DNA of 64,000 nt from Candidatus Campbellbacteria bacterium (GTDB lineage Bacteria > Patescibacteriota > Minisyncoccia > Phycocordibacterales > EsbW-18). The stretch is from positions 162,936-226,935 of the forward strand of contig JANLIT010000003.1 in assembly GCA_024653945.1 (NCBI GenBank), in the 5' to 3' direction. How positions within the stretch are numbered: the stretch's first letter is position 1; the number at the start of each line of letters is the position of its first letter. This document shows, piece by piece, positions 1-8,433 of this stretch. The position numbers were made by a program, and so were the translations under genes. The notes under the pieces were generated by a model, which worked only from the letters and a program-made list of their open reading frames with translations, had not been told where the DNA came from and made no database searches.

Positions 1-70
1 CCAAAAGTCACTACGTTCCATCATTGCCTCAATACCTTCTATTTTTTGTTTGATTTCGTTTTCGTCCATA
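1..70 (-). CDS. partial CDS (N-terminal 23 codons only; gene continues beyond window start)
   Basis: Minus-strand ATG at 70..68 followed by open frame MDENEIKQKIEGIEAMMERSDFW running off the window; too short to assign product. Confidence 0.25.
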
Positions 71-79
71 TTTTTACTG

Positions 80-152
80 AGCCGCCTCCCAGATTTGAAC
101 TGGGGACCTACGGTTTACGATACCGTTGCTCTACCAGCTGAGCTAAGGCGGC
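80..152 (-). tRNA. tRNA-Thr (anticodon CGU)
   Basis: Reverse complement folds as cloverleaf: acceptor GCCGCCT/AGGCGGC, D-arm GCTC..GAGC, anticodon stem ACGGT/ACCGT with loop AT-CGT-AA, T-arm CCCAG TTCAAAT CTGGG; no encoded CCA. Confidence 0.85.
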
Positions 153-210
153 AAGATGCTTCTTCCAACTACCAACCTCTCACTCCCAACTTCTAACTTC
201 CACTACTTTG

Positions 211-484
211 AGCCGATGGCCGGGATTGAACCGGCGACCCCGTCCTTCGTATACACCCTCATTTAAAAACACACACGTATTGAGGGACTAGACTGTATCT
301 TGTACGTGCATAATAGCGACGCATCCCTTGTCAGTCGTTCGAGCCTCCACCTCATGTGGATGCTACGGTCTTGGCCTTGTGTGTAGGTTATTAACCGTTA
401 TTCGGGATACAAAACGCGCATTTCTACGCGAACGGGCAGAATTTCTCCACCATGGACGTGCTCTACCATCTGAGCTACATCGGC
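211..484 (-). tRNA. tRNA-Thr (anticodon GGU inferred) interrupted by a group I intron in the anticodon loop; exons 484..449 and 247..211
   Basis: 5' half (484..449) GCCGATG TA GCTC AGATGGTA GAGC A CGTCC AT-GGT and 3' half (247..211) AA GGACG GGGTC GCCGG TTCAATC CCGGC CATCGGC T pair perfectly (acceptor 7/7, anticodon stem 5/5, T-arm 5/5); halves separated by 201 nt. Confidence 0.75.
248..448 (-). ncRNA. group I intron (201 nt) inserted between tRNA positions 36/37
   Basis: 5' exon ends in U, intron ends in G (..GUAUACG) before exon AA; internal elements resembling group I P7 (GACUG / CAGUC, cf. conserved R-like UCGAACGACUGACA and S-like AAGAUACAGUCUAGUCC) and a P9 hairpin CCCUCA..UGAGGG just before omega-G. 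Confidence 0.65.
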
Positions 485-501
485 TTTATCCTGTTAAGAG
501 A

Positions 502-1107
502 TTACCTTATTTTCTTCATTTTTTCAATCTCACCGACCAGAATATCTCTGAGTTTTTTGTTGTTAAAATAAATGGTCAAAACCCCGTATTGTGTTTTCTT
601 CCGATACGTTCCCACACCAAGTGTCGGAGTAATAATAATTTTCTGAAATTGTTTTTCTTCTATGTTGAGATGTTTTTTCCAAAACTCTTTTGCATCCACG
701 GCTGACATGTCGCGAAAAACTTGAAGTCCGAAATGTAATTTTTTCTCATCTATTTCGTAGCACTTTTTTAGAAATAACAGAAACATTTTAATAAGATGTG
801 GGTCAGTATTACCAAGACGTACAGAATGTGTATTGCTTTTTGTGCCCTCGCCCCAATACAAACCAATTCCTAATCCAAATAAGAACCAATCTTTGTGTGA
901 CACAAGATTCTTACACATAAACGGATTTCCGTTTGGATTATATTTTATGTAGAGCGCGTCTGACCTATTACGACGCGGTAGTTTGTATGTATCCATCCAG
1001 TAACAAATCGTATGTGTTGAAACACCAATAATTTTTGAAATCTCTTGAAGAGACCTCTTGTCTTGAAAATAGAGGCGTTGTATATCTTTTTTTGCAAGAA
1101 AAACCAT
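502..1107 (-). CDS. LAGLIDADG-type homing endonuclease-like protein with N-terminal HTH
   Basis: 201 aa; motif FGLGIGLYWGEGTK matches the LAGLIDADG pattern (G-L-x-x-G-E-G-T); N-terminal HTH-like segment SLQEISKIIGVSTHTICYW; lies immediately upstream of the intron-containing tRNA. Confidence 0.45.
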   Translation of the reverse strand: MVFLAKKDIQRLYFQDKRSLQEISKIIGVSTHTICYWMDTYKLPRRNRSDALYIKYNPNGNPFMCKNLVSHKDWFLFGLGIGLYWGEGTKSNTHSVRLGNTDPHLIKMFLLFLKKCYEIDEKKLHFGLQVFRDMSAVDAKEFWKKHLNIEEKQFQKIIITPTLGVGTYRKKTQYGVLTIYFNNKKLRDILVGEIEKMKKIR

Positions 1108-1189
1108 CTCTTCAGTAAATCATTTTAGAGATAAAATTTTTCTAAAGAGGTAATACTAAAAAACGCTATTTGGAGTAAGTCTGCAAAAA

Positions 1190-1834
1190 TTAATGTACAG
1201 GAGTTGTTGGTGCCACCGGCTCCATTTGTACACCCTTTTCAAGTTCACGATAGAGATACGTCAACACAAGGAGAGAAAGTGGTGCTGTCACAAGAAGTCC
1301 CAGACCAAATGTAACAAGGGCACCGAACACATTAATCAGAATAACGAGAAGGAAAAAACCAAACAAATTCCATTTGTATCCTTTCGTTAAACGCCAACTC
1401 TCTTTGAGTGATGCAATGGGTTGCATGTTTTTATCAAGAATAAGGAATGGAACAAACATAAGTCCAACTTGTACTATAATTCCGGGAATAATAAGCAGCA
1501 CAAGACCGACAATAACACAGAGACCGGAAAGAATGACAGCAAGTATGTAGTGCCACAATGTCATCCCTCTTTCTTTAAACAACATGTCAAAAGAAATGAT
1601 TCCACCCGCGTACGCTGTCATCGCGATACGAATAAAACCAATGTAGAGCCACCACGACAATACCGCCCCCGCAAGACCGATAATAAAATCTCCGGGACCG
1701 CTGTCTTTGCCTACTTGATTCATAATAAACGATATCGCCCCAATAAGTGCCGTTGAACCAACAAACACCCACACATGATTAGAGAATATTCTCCACGCTG
1801 ACCCGAATGCCTCCTTAATTGATAGTTTTTTCAT
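1190..1834 (-). CDS. integral membrane protein (hypothetical, ~6 TM helices)
   Basis: 214 aa ORF with multiple long hydrophobic segments; no recognisable catalytic motif. Confidence 0.6.
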   Translation of the reverse strand: MKKLSIKEAFGSAWRIFSNHVWVFVGSTALIGAISFIMNQVGKDSGPGDFIIGLAGAVLSWWLYIGFIRIAMTAYAGGIISFDMLFKERGMTLWHYILAVILSGLCVIVGLVLLIIPGIIVQVGLMFVPFLILDKNMQPIASLKESWRLTKGYKWNLFGFFLLVILINVFGALVTFGLGLLVTAPLSLLVLTYLYRELEKGVQMEPVAPTTPVH

Positions 1835-2018
1835 GCGATTTCACAAAATCGTGTCGCGCAACTGTCCGCTAAGGCGCGACTATTGTTGTTATTAATTAAA
1901 GCTTAGTAATGGTATTCTCTAGTATATCGTTGCGAGGTGTACAATTCAATGAATTGCGAGTAGTGGTTGTTTATTGTAAAGTAGTACCACTGTCGGTGTA
2001 ATCGGGCCGTTGGCCCTC

Positions 2019-2153
2019 TTGCATCGACAGCATTCGGGGAACATAGATGCTCACGCTCCTCATTTCCTCAAAGTCGAGAGAAAACAAAAACAAGCTCTTC
2101 TTTTCTCTCTTTTTTCGGAAATACGCGCTCGCATCTGCGTACAACCCTCATTT
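2019..2153. repeat. ~135-bp tRNA leader repeat, copy 1 (directly abuts tRNA-Met)
   Basis: Near-identical to 2491..2625 (..ttcggggaacatRgatgctcacgctcctcatttcctcaaagtcgagagaaaacaaaaacaagc..ggaaatacgcg.tcgcatctgcgtacaaccctcatttg), each ending exactly at a tRNA 5' end; likely promoter/leader module. Confidence 0.8.
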
Positions 2154-2228
2154 GTCGGTGTAGCTCAGGTAGTTAGAGCGAGGGACTCATAAGCCCTAGG
2201 TCGCAGGTGCAAGTCCTGCCACCGACAC
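2154..2228 (+). tRNA. tRNA-Met/Ile2 (anticodon CAU), elongator type
   Basis: GTCGGTG TA GCTC AGGTAGTTA GAGC .. anticodon loop CTCATAA .. T-arm GCAGG TGCAAGT CCTGC, acceptor CACCGAC; G1-C72 paired (not initiator). Confidence 0.8.
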
Positions 2229-2400
2229 AGGAATGAAAATAGTCGAGCCTTGTGTTCGGCTATTTTCGTTCCTTGTGTGTTTGTTTACAGTAAGGACTTG
2301 CAGATCGGAGCCAGTACTCAACTATTTGAGTGCTGGCGAGATGGGGCCGAGAACACTTAGGATTTTGGCGCAAATGCGCAAAAATCCTTAGAGATTCGTG

Positions 2401-2425
2401 GCCAAGTCCTGCCACCGACACAATT
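2401..2425 (+). repeat. duplicated tRNA 3'-end fragment (copy of 2206..2228, ..aagtcctgccaccgaca)
   Basis: 23/25 identity to the 3' end of the tRNA-Met at 2154..2228, no matching 5' half; resembles an att-site scar. Confidence 0.6.
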
Positions 2426-2490
2426 CGTTGATTTTGGGAGTATTTTTGGTATAGTATGACGACCTGGGGTTGTAAGTTGTAAGCAGTAGC

Positions 2491-2625
2491 TTGCGACTCC
2501 GGCGTTCGGGGAACATGGATGCTCACGCTCCTCATTTCCTCAAAGTCGAGAGAAAACAAAAACAAGCTTTTCTTTTCTCTCTTTCTTCGGAAATACGCGT
2601 TCGCATCTGCGTACAACCCTCATTT
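2491..2625. repeat. ~135-bp tRNA leader repeat, copy 2 (directly abuts tRNA-Asp)
   Basis: See copy 1. Confidence 0.8.
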
Positions 2626-2699
2626 GGAGTCGTAGCTCAACTGGTTAGAGCGCCTCCCTGTCACGGAGGAGGTTGCGGGTTCGAGTCCCGTCGATTCCG
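2626..2699 (+). tRNA. tRNA-Asp (anticodon GUC)
   Basis: GGAGTCG TA GCTC AACTGGTTA GAGC G CCTCC CTGTCAC GGAGG AGGTT GCGGG TTCGAGT CCCGT CGATTCC G. Confidence 0.85.
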
Positions 2700-2708
2700 C
2701 CTCAAACA

Positions 2709-2739
2709 AAACCGACTAGCATATGCTAGTCGGTTTTGT
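2709..2739 (+). terminator. rho-independent terminator after tRNA-Asp
   Basis: Hairpin aaccgactagcat/atgctagtcggtt followed by TTTTG. Confidence 0.7.
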
Positions 2740-2751
2740 CTTGTGTAGATA

Positions 2752-2779
2752 TCGAATCGGCGGGACTCGAACCGAGGAC
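2752..2779 (-). repeat. inverted degenerate copy of tRNA-Asp 3' end (T-arm + acceptor 3' strand)
   Basis: Reverse complement ggttcgagtcccgccgattcga matches tRNA-Asp 3' region ggttcgagtcccgtcgattccg; no intact cloverleaf (T-stem does not pair). Confidence 0.5.
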
Positions 2780-3014
2780 CGACGAAGCCCGCCGCAGGCG
2801 GCGGTCCGAGTGGGGGTCGATGGAGTGAGATTTTTGTGAGTTGTAGACAAAACAAAAATCCACGAGAGTGACCGAGTCCCTCTGAAAACTCTTTGTGACC
2901 GAGTCCCCTCCCTTGTAACCAACCCACACCTTCACGATATATATGAACGTGCGTTATACTGGTGACACCCACTTTTTATAAAGAAGCATTTTATAAATTA
3001 TTAATTATATAGAT

Positions 3015-3791
3015 ATGTATTCACAGCCAACATATTCGCGAGGTATGACAACGGGTGTTGTTGTCCTTGGTATGCTCTTGCTTGCAGGAGTTATTACCGT
3101 AGCCATTATTCGCGACAAAATTGTTGCTCAAGACTGGCAACAAGTAAGTATCACGGGAACAGGAAAAGTCCCCTACACACCCGACGAAGGTACAGTAACC
3201 CTCGGTGTGCATGTTGATAATGCAGTAACTGCACAAGCTGCACTCACACGATTGTCAGACACCATTGCAAAAGTTATTCCCGCGATCGTTGCACTTGGTA
3301 TTCCTGCAGAAGATATTTCAACACAAGCATACAATTTGTTTCCTCAATATTATTATCCTGAAGGAAAACCTGCCGTGATTAGTGGGTACAGCGCTGACCA
3401 ACAACTTTCCATCAAACTCACACTCCAAAATGGCGCCTCTGACACACGTATTGGAAAAGTTATTGAAACAGCAAGCGCACAAGGTGTAAACCAAGTTGTT
3501 GGTGTGGCGTTTACCGCATCAAATATTGAAGACCTCCAACAACAAGCGCTCCTTATTGCCATTGCAGACGCGAAAGGACGCGCGCAAGAAACCGCAGAGG
3601 CAGCGGGTGTTCGACTTAAAGAAGTTATTTCATGGTGGGAAAATCCAATTAGTGTTCCTGGCCTTGTTCCTCAGTATGGTGGAGAAATGGGTATGGGATA
3701 CGGTGGTGGAGATATGAAATCTTCCCCAATGGTTTCTTCTGGAACACAGGAAGTTATCGTGCAAGTAAACCTCAACTACTCGATAAAATAA
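3015..3791 (+). CDS. SIMPL/DUF541 family periplasmic protein (YggE-like)
   Basis: 258 aa; N-terminal TM anchor, then sequence typical of the SIMPL family (..QAYNLFPQYYYPEGKPAVISGYSADQQLSIKL..). Confidence 0.65.
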   Translation: MYSQPTYSRGMTTGVVVLGMLLLAGVITVAIIRDKIVAQDWQQVSITGTGKVPYTPDEGTVTLGVHVDNAVTAQAALTRLSDTIAKVIPAIVALGIPAEDISTQAYNLFPQYYYPEGKPAVISGYSADQQLSIKLTLQNGASDTRIGKVIETASAQGVNQVVGVAFTASNIEDLQQQALLIAIADAKGRAQETAEAAGVRLKEVISWWENPISVPGLVPQYGGEMGMGYGGGDMKSSPMVSSGTQEVIVQVNLNYSIK

Positions 3792-3837
3792 GGCTAGAAC
3801 TTGCCTTGTGCGTATCAATGCTCTATACTTCCCCACA

Positions 3838-3908
3838 GCGGGGTAGAGCAGTAGTAGCTCGTCAGGCTCATAACCTGAAGGTCGTAGGTGCAATTCCTAC
3901 CCCCGCAA
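3838..3908 (+). tRNA. tRNA-Met/Ile2 (anticodon CAU), elongator type
   Basis: GCGGGGT..GAGC AGTAGTA GCTC G TCAGG CTCATAA CCTGA AGGTC GTAGG TGCAATT CCTAC CCCCGC A; perfect anticodon stem, no GGG/CCC initiator signature. Confidence 0.75.
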
Positions 3909-3920
3909 CAAGAATAAAAA

Positions 3921-3946
3921 AACACCCCATAAGGGTGTTTTTTTAT
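3921..3946 (+). terminator. rho-independent terminator
   Basis: Hairpin acacccc ataa ggggtgt followed by TTTTTTT. Confidence 0.7.
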
Positions 3947-3950
3947 TCCT

Positions 3951-3990
3951 CCATCTGTGGTTTTTCAATAGTGAGTGTTTCAACACCCGC
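3951..3990. repeat. ~40-bp duplicate of the rmuC 3' end (matches 4664..4703)
   Basis: ccatctgtggtttttcaatagtgagtgtttcaacaccc vs ccatctgtggtttttcaatagagagtgtttcaacaccg; brackets the inserted ORF 4053..4595. Confidence 0.8.
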
Positions 3991-4052
3991 AATAAGTAAA
4001 TAAAGAAGAGGTGTGCCCATTAGACACACCTCTAGAGTTTCAAGAAGAGCGA

Positions 4053-4595
4053 TTACTGTATGTGCCACAAAATCTTGATTCCGATAAGGAACACCCCGCC
4101 TCCATCGCCTTGTCGAAGAAGTTCAGGAATAGTTCCTAGTCCAACCTCGCCGATAAGACACCTGAACGAAGTGAACGGCCGACAGCCATTTTGATTGAAT
4201 GAGGCCCACGAGTCGTGTGCTGAACCCACACGCTCTCCATTTACACACGGAGTTCCGTGTAACCTACACTCACGAAAGCTTTCTCCGTAAGCCACAACGT
4301 ATGAGCCAAAGGAACGAAGTTCTTTCCACTCACCCCGAGATTCTGCGATGTGCAGTTCCATCCCCACCAACCGTACAGTTGGAAATTCTTTACCAAAGTG
4401 CTCTTTTCTTTCAGCAACAGCCCTCCTAGCCGTTGTCTCCTCCTCAAACAACATAAATCCGTTTGAAGTGATGTTCTCTGAAAGAAATTCAACGCCGTCA
4501 GATACAGACGGTCCAAAGAACACCGCAAGTCCGTTTGGCGTTCGCGGATTCCTTTTCTTAGACATTACGATGGCAAAACCACTCTTATTTTGCAA
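4053..4595 (-). CDS. hypothetical protein on an inserted, higher-GC (~50%) segment
   Basis: 180 aa ORF with no recognisable motif; local GC above flanks; flanked by duplicated rmuC 3'-end sequence and adjacent to a tRNA. Confidence 0.5.
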   Translation of the reverse strand: MQNKSGFAIVMSKKRNPRTPNGLAVFFGPSVSDGVEFLSENITSNGFMLFEEETTARRAVAERKEHFGKEFPTVRLVGMELHIAESRGEWKELRSFGSYVVAYGESFRECRLHGTPCVNGERVGSAHDSWASFNQNGCRPFTSFRCLIGEVGLGTIPELLRQGDGGGVFLIGIKILWHIQ

Positions 4596-4654
4596 GGCAG
4601 TCCTCCTCTCAATTCATTATCTGGGGAAATAGTACACCAACGGGGTGAAACCGC

Positions 4655-5719
4655 CTACTCTTCCATCTGTGGTTTTTCAATAGAGAGTGTTTCAACACCG
4701 CCTGTTTCTCCAGCAATACGGACGACGTCTTTATCAATTTTTGCTAACTCTTTGTGTGCAGTGTTAAAATGATTGACTGTTGTTCCGAGTGCAGTTCCTA
4801 ACTTCATCATAAACACATTGTAGTTTGTAATATGACGACCTAATTCACCAACTCGCTTCTGAATTTCTTTTGCTTGATCTTCAATTTGTAAACTACGAAG
4901 TCCTTGCAACACTGTCTGCAAATATGCGAGGAATGATGTTGGTGAGACGATAATTACTTTCTTACCAAACGCATAGTCAATCAAATCGCGCGTGGATGTC
5001 TTCACTGCACCCACTTGATTGATGAGTAAATCGTAGTACACACCCTCAGACGGAATAAACATGAACGCAAACTCCATCGTATTTTCTGCAGGACGAACAT
5101 ACTTACTTGTTTCATCAATACGATTTTTAAGATCTTGTTTAAATGTTTTTTCATACTGCTCACGCTCGGCAGGATCACGGGCTTCAAGAATACGGTTGTA
5201 GTTTTCCAACGAAAATTTTGCATCAATTGGAACAATTTTATCTTTGACAAACACCACGGCATCAACAATTTCACCATTCGCAAATGCATACTGCATTTGA
5301 AACGTTCGTGGAGGAAGCACATTTTGCAAGACGCTCTCAAGATAATACTCACCCAAAATACCTCGTTGTTTTGGATTCTTAAGAATATCTTGGAGGTTTT
5401 GTAGTTGGTCGGCAAACGATACCACTTGTTTGTTTGTCTCATCAAGCTTCGTCAAACCCTCCGTCACCTCTTTGACGATACGCGTTGACTCAGACAGCTG
5501 AGAGCGCATAGAATCATGCATCGTTTTTGCACTCTCACCGAGCTTGGCGTCCACCGTTCGAGACATCTCATTGAGCTGCTGAAGGATGAGTGAGAGCCCT
5601 TTATCTTCCCCTACAGCCTCTTTTTTACGCATAGAGAGCAACACCTGCACACCTATAGCAGTAAGCACGAGGATAGACAATATAATCAATAAGATATCAG
5701 TCATATAGATAGTATACAC
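4655..5719 (-). CDS. rmuC: DNA recombination protein RmuC
   Basis: 354 aa; N-terminal TM, coiled-coil, and RmuC-type nuclease-like C-terminal region (..QRGILGEYYLESVL.., ..IVDAVVFVKDKIVPIDAKFSLENY..). Confidence 0.8.
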   Translation of the reverse strand: MYTIYMTDILLIILSILVLTAIGVQVLLSMRKKEAVGEDKGLSLILQQLNEMSRTVDAKLGESAKTMHDSMRSQLSESTRIVKEVTEGLTKLDETNKQVVSFADQLQNLQDILKNPKQRGILGEYYLESVLQNVLPPRTFQMQYAFANGEIVDAVVFVKDKIVPIDAKFSLENYNRILEARDPAEREQYEKTFKQDLKNRIDETSKYVRPAENTMEFAFMFIPSEGVYYDLLINQVGAVKTSTRDLIDYAFGKKVIIVSPTSFLAYLQTVLQGLRSLQIEDQAKEIQKRVGELGRHITNYNVFMMKLGTALGTTVNHFNTAHKELAKIDKDVVRIAGETGGVETLSIEKPQMEE

Positions 5720-5722
5720 GTT

Positions 5723-8386
5723 TTATACAAAGGCTTGCGCTGGGCGAATGGCTCCCTCACGCCTTCTTTTGAACACAAGAAGTTTAACGATTTCAATAAT
5801 GGCAAGGTTTAGAGCAGCCGAAACTACGAACAAACCCCAGCCAAATGCTCCCGGTGAAACGACTGAGAGAAGATTCTGGAGAACTGGCACGGTAAGGGTC
5901 AACACAAACAAGAGTGTGTTTGTAACGACTGCCCAAAAAAGATACGGGTTGTTGAAAAGTTTGATGCGCCACACTGGCTCCGACAAACTTTTAAGAGACA
6001 GTGCGAACACGATTGCACCAAGAGAAAGGACACCGAACATGAGTGTTCGAATGTATTCAATAGAGAAATCAAACGACGATAGAGCTATAAAAATACCAAA
6101 TGCCAGCGCCCCAGACACAACACCACTTATAAGAATCATCTTCTTCACGTTTGATGAGAGGAGTGTTTTTACTCCCTCACTTTTTGGATTACGTCGTAAC
6201 ACATCACTCTCAACGGGTTCAAACGCAAACGCAAACGACAACACACCTTCCTCAATAATATTGAGCCACAAAATTTGTACTGGCAAAATAGGCAACTGCA
6301 TGCCCGCAATAATTGCACCGATAATAATCATAATTTCTCCGAAGCTCGTAGAAAGAAGGTGTGTCACCATTTTCTTAAGGTTGTCCATGATGCGCCTTCC
6401 CTCTTCAATAGCGGACACAATGATGGAGAAACTATCATGAATGAGAACAAGATCAGATGCCTCTTTAGCAACCTCTGTGCCACTTCCAAGCGCAACCCCG
6501 ATGTCCGCTGCTTTGAGTGCTGGCGCGTCGTTAATACCATCTCCGGTCATAGCCACCACCTCACCTGCATCCTTCAACACCTTTGCCATGCGCATTTTTT
6601 GTAATGGAAGCACGCGAGCAAAGACACTGTGTGTTTGTAGTGCTTGTAATAATTCACTATCTGACATAGGCTCAATCTCTACTCCTGTCAGTACTGCATG
6701 TGCGCCATTAATTCCAACGGCTGCCGCGATTGTTGCTGCTGTTTTTTGATTATCTCCCGTAATCATACATACACGTGCACCCGCACTCTGTACGCGCAGT
6801 ACTGACCCACGTGCATCAAAACGAAGTGGATCTTCGAATGAAATAAGCCCGCCAAATACAAGGGTGTTGAGGACAGTCTCTCGTGTAAGATGTTGTACAT
6901 CAAACGTGTGTGGGACATCTTTCCACGCAACCGCAATAACACGATACCCCTTCTCACTTTCTCGTTCAAAGAAAGCATGCGTTTCATCTCTCTCTTCCTT
7001 TGATAGTTTCTGTTTTCCGTCAGTACCTTGCCATGTTGACGCATGTAGTAAAATTTCTGGAGCTCCCGCAACATACATACGTCTTTTTTTGGTCTCAGTA
7101 TCAACACGAACATAGGCAGCAAATCGTTCCTTTGAATTAAAAGGTACAGCCCCAACGGTTACGTGCGTATCAAACACAGCGCGTGGAACACCGAGAGCCA
7201 GCGCGCTTTCGGTCATAATTTTTTCCATTGGACGTCCATTCACATGTACATCGGTTTCTGTGGATGATTCAAACACAACATCCGATGCGAGCATGCCGAG
7301 ACGGAGAACGTGCTGTGCAGTACTTCCGAGTGAAAGCGCACCTTCATCTGCCGTGTATACATTTCTAAACGTCATTTCTGCCCGCGTGAGTGTTCCTGTT
7401 TTATCAGTCAAAATAAATGTCGTACTCCCCAGTGTTTCAGCAGTTATCATCGTACGCACAAGACCACCTTTTTCAAGTAGTCGTTCCATACCAACGGCAA
7501 GTGACACCGCGACCGCAGCGGGTAATCCTTCTGGAATCGCTGATACTGCAACAGCAACAGCGAGCAAGAGCATCGCACTGATAGATTCACCACGAAGTAT
7601 ACCGAGCACAAACACAACTGCCGTTACACCAGCAACCACAATGGAAATGAACCGAGCGAGTTTTGCAATATTTTTTTGAATAGGTGTCTGGTCGTCGCGC
7701 GTGGTGAGTAGTTGTTCTGCAATATTTCCCATCGCAGTTGCTGTGCCTATTGTCGTAACAAGTCCACGGGCATTCCCCGAAACCATAGATGTTCCCATCC
7801 ACACCATATTTTTTTGCTCTGTCAGTGGTGCATTGTAAAAAACAACTTCTGTTGTCTTTTCAACAGGCATAGGTTCACCTGTCAGTGGTGCTTCATTACA
7901 AAAAACATCCCGCGCATCAAATAGTCGCGTATCAGCGGGAATCACCTCACCGGCTCGAATAACCACGATATCTCCTGGAACAATCTGCCGTGAAGGTATT
8001 CGAACAATACGCCCATCACGAACCACCAACGAAAAACGTTCCTGTGAAGATGTGAGGCGCTCAAACGCTCTGTCTGTTCTTCCCTCTTGGAATACTCCAA
8101 TGGCAATGTTAATGACAATGGCAAGTGCAATAACAATTGCATCTGTGTATGAGCCCAAAAAAAGAGTCGCCACAAATGCCAGCCCCAGTATAAGAACAAA
8201 GGGGCTTTTGAGGTAGCGCCACACTTTTCGAATAAACGACAGCCGAACACCTTTCTCAAAGTGATTTGGTCCAAAGAGTTTTTGACGACGATGTACTTCG
8301 TCAATAGACAATCCTTTGGTGGTATCTGCGCCGAGCCATTCGGCAACATCTGCTATTGGGTGTGCGTGCCATGCTCGTGCCTCCAT
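5723..8386 (-). CDS. cation-transporting P-type ATPase (type II, Ca2+/Mg2+-like)
   Basis: 887 aa; DKTGTLT phosphorylation motif, TGDN, GDGINDAPAL hinge, N-terminal cation ATPase domain, 10 TM. Confidence 0.9.
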   Translation of the reverse strand: MEARAWHAHPIADVAEWLGADTTKGLSIDEVHRRQKLFGPNHFEKGVRLSFIRKVWRYLKSPFVLILGLAFVATLFLGSYTDAIVIALAIVINIAIGVFQEGRTDRAFERLTSSQERFSLVVRDGRIVRIPSRQIVPGDIVVIRAGEVIPADTRLFDARDVFCNEAPLTGEPMPVEKTTEVVFYNAPLTEQKNMVWMGTSMVSGNARGLVTTIGTATAMGNIAEQLLTTRDDQTPIQKNIAKLARFISIVVAGVTAVVFVLGILRGESISAMLLLAVAVAVSAIPEGLPAAVAVSLAVGMERLLEKGGLVRTMITAETLGSTTFILTDKTGTLTRAEMTFRNVYTADEGALSLGSTAQHVLRLGMLASDVVFESSTETDVHVNGRPMEKIMTESALALGVPRAVFDTHVTVGAVPFNSKERFAAYVRVDTETKKRRMYVAGAPEILLHASTWQGTDGKQKLSKEERDETHAFFERESEKGYRVIAVAWKDVPHTFDVQHLTRETVLNTLVFGGLISFEDPLRFDARGSVLRVQSAGARVCMITGDNQKTAATIAAAVGINGAHAVLTGVEIEPMSDSELLQALQTHSVFARVLPLQKMRMAKVLKDAGEVVAMTGDGINDAPALKAADIGVALGSGTEVAKEASDLVLIHDSFSIIVSAIEEGRRIMDNLKKMVTHLLSTSFGEIMIIIGAIIAGMQLPILPVQILWLNIIEEGVLSFAFAFEPVESDVLRRNPKSEGVKTLLSSNVKKMILISGVVSGALAFGIFIALSSFDFSIEYIRTLMFGVLSLGAIVFALSLKSLSEPVWRIKLFNNPYLFWAVVTNTLLFVLTLTVPVLQNLLSVVSPGAFGWGLFVVSAALNLAIIEIVKLLVFKRRREGAIRPAQAFV

Positions 8387-8433
8387 ATATGAGGTATGAT
8401 ACCATACTGACTATAACCACTAAGAAAAAATGT

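Noticed and set aside
328-705. 125-aa + strand ORF
   Set aside because: Overlaps the intron-containing tRNA and runs antisense to the LAGLIDADG-like ORF; low-complexity translation. More likely spurious.
2752-2826. possible minus-strand tRNA
   Set aside because: Only the T-loop/acceptor 3' part resembles tRNA-Asp; T-stem and other arms do not pair. Treated as a fragment.
2491-2972. ORFs 2491..2748 (+) and 2661..2972 (-) with mirrored RFESRRF..LAYASRFCL translations
   Set aside because: They are read-throughs of tRNA-Asp, its terminator palindrome and the inverted tRNA fragment. The palindromic DNA gives pseudo-protein mirror images.
5748-6749. several + strand ORFs (230, 109, 102 aa)
   Set aside because: Antisense within the P-type ATPase gene, with biased composition typical of shadow ORFs.
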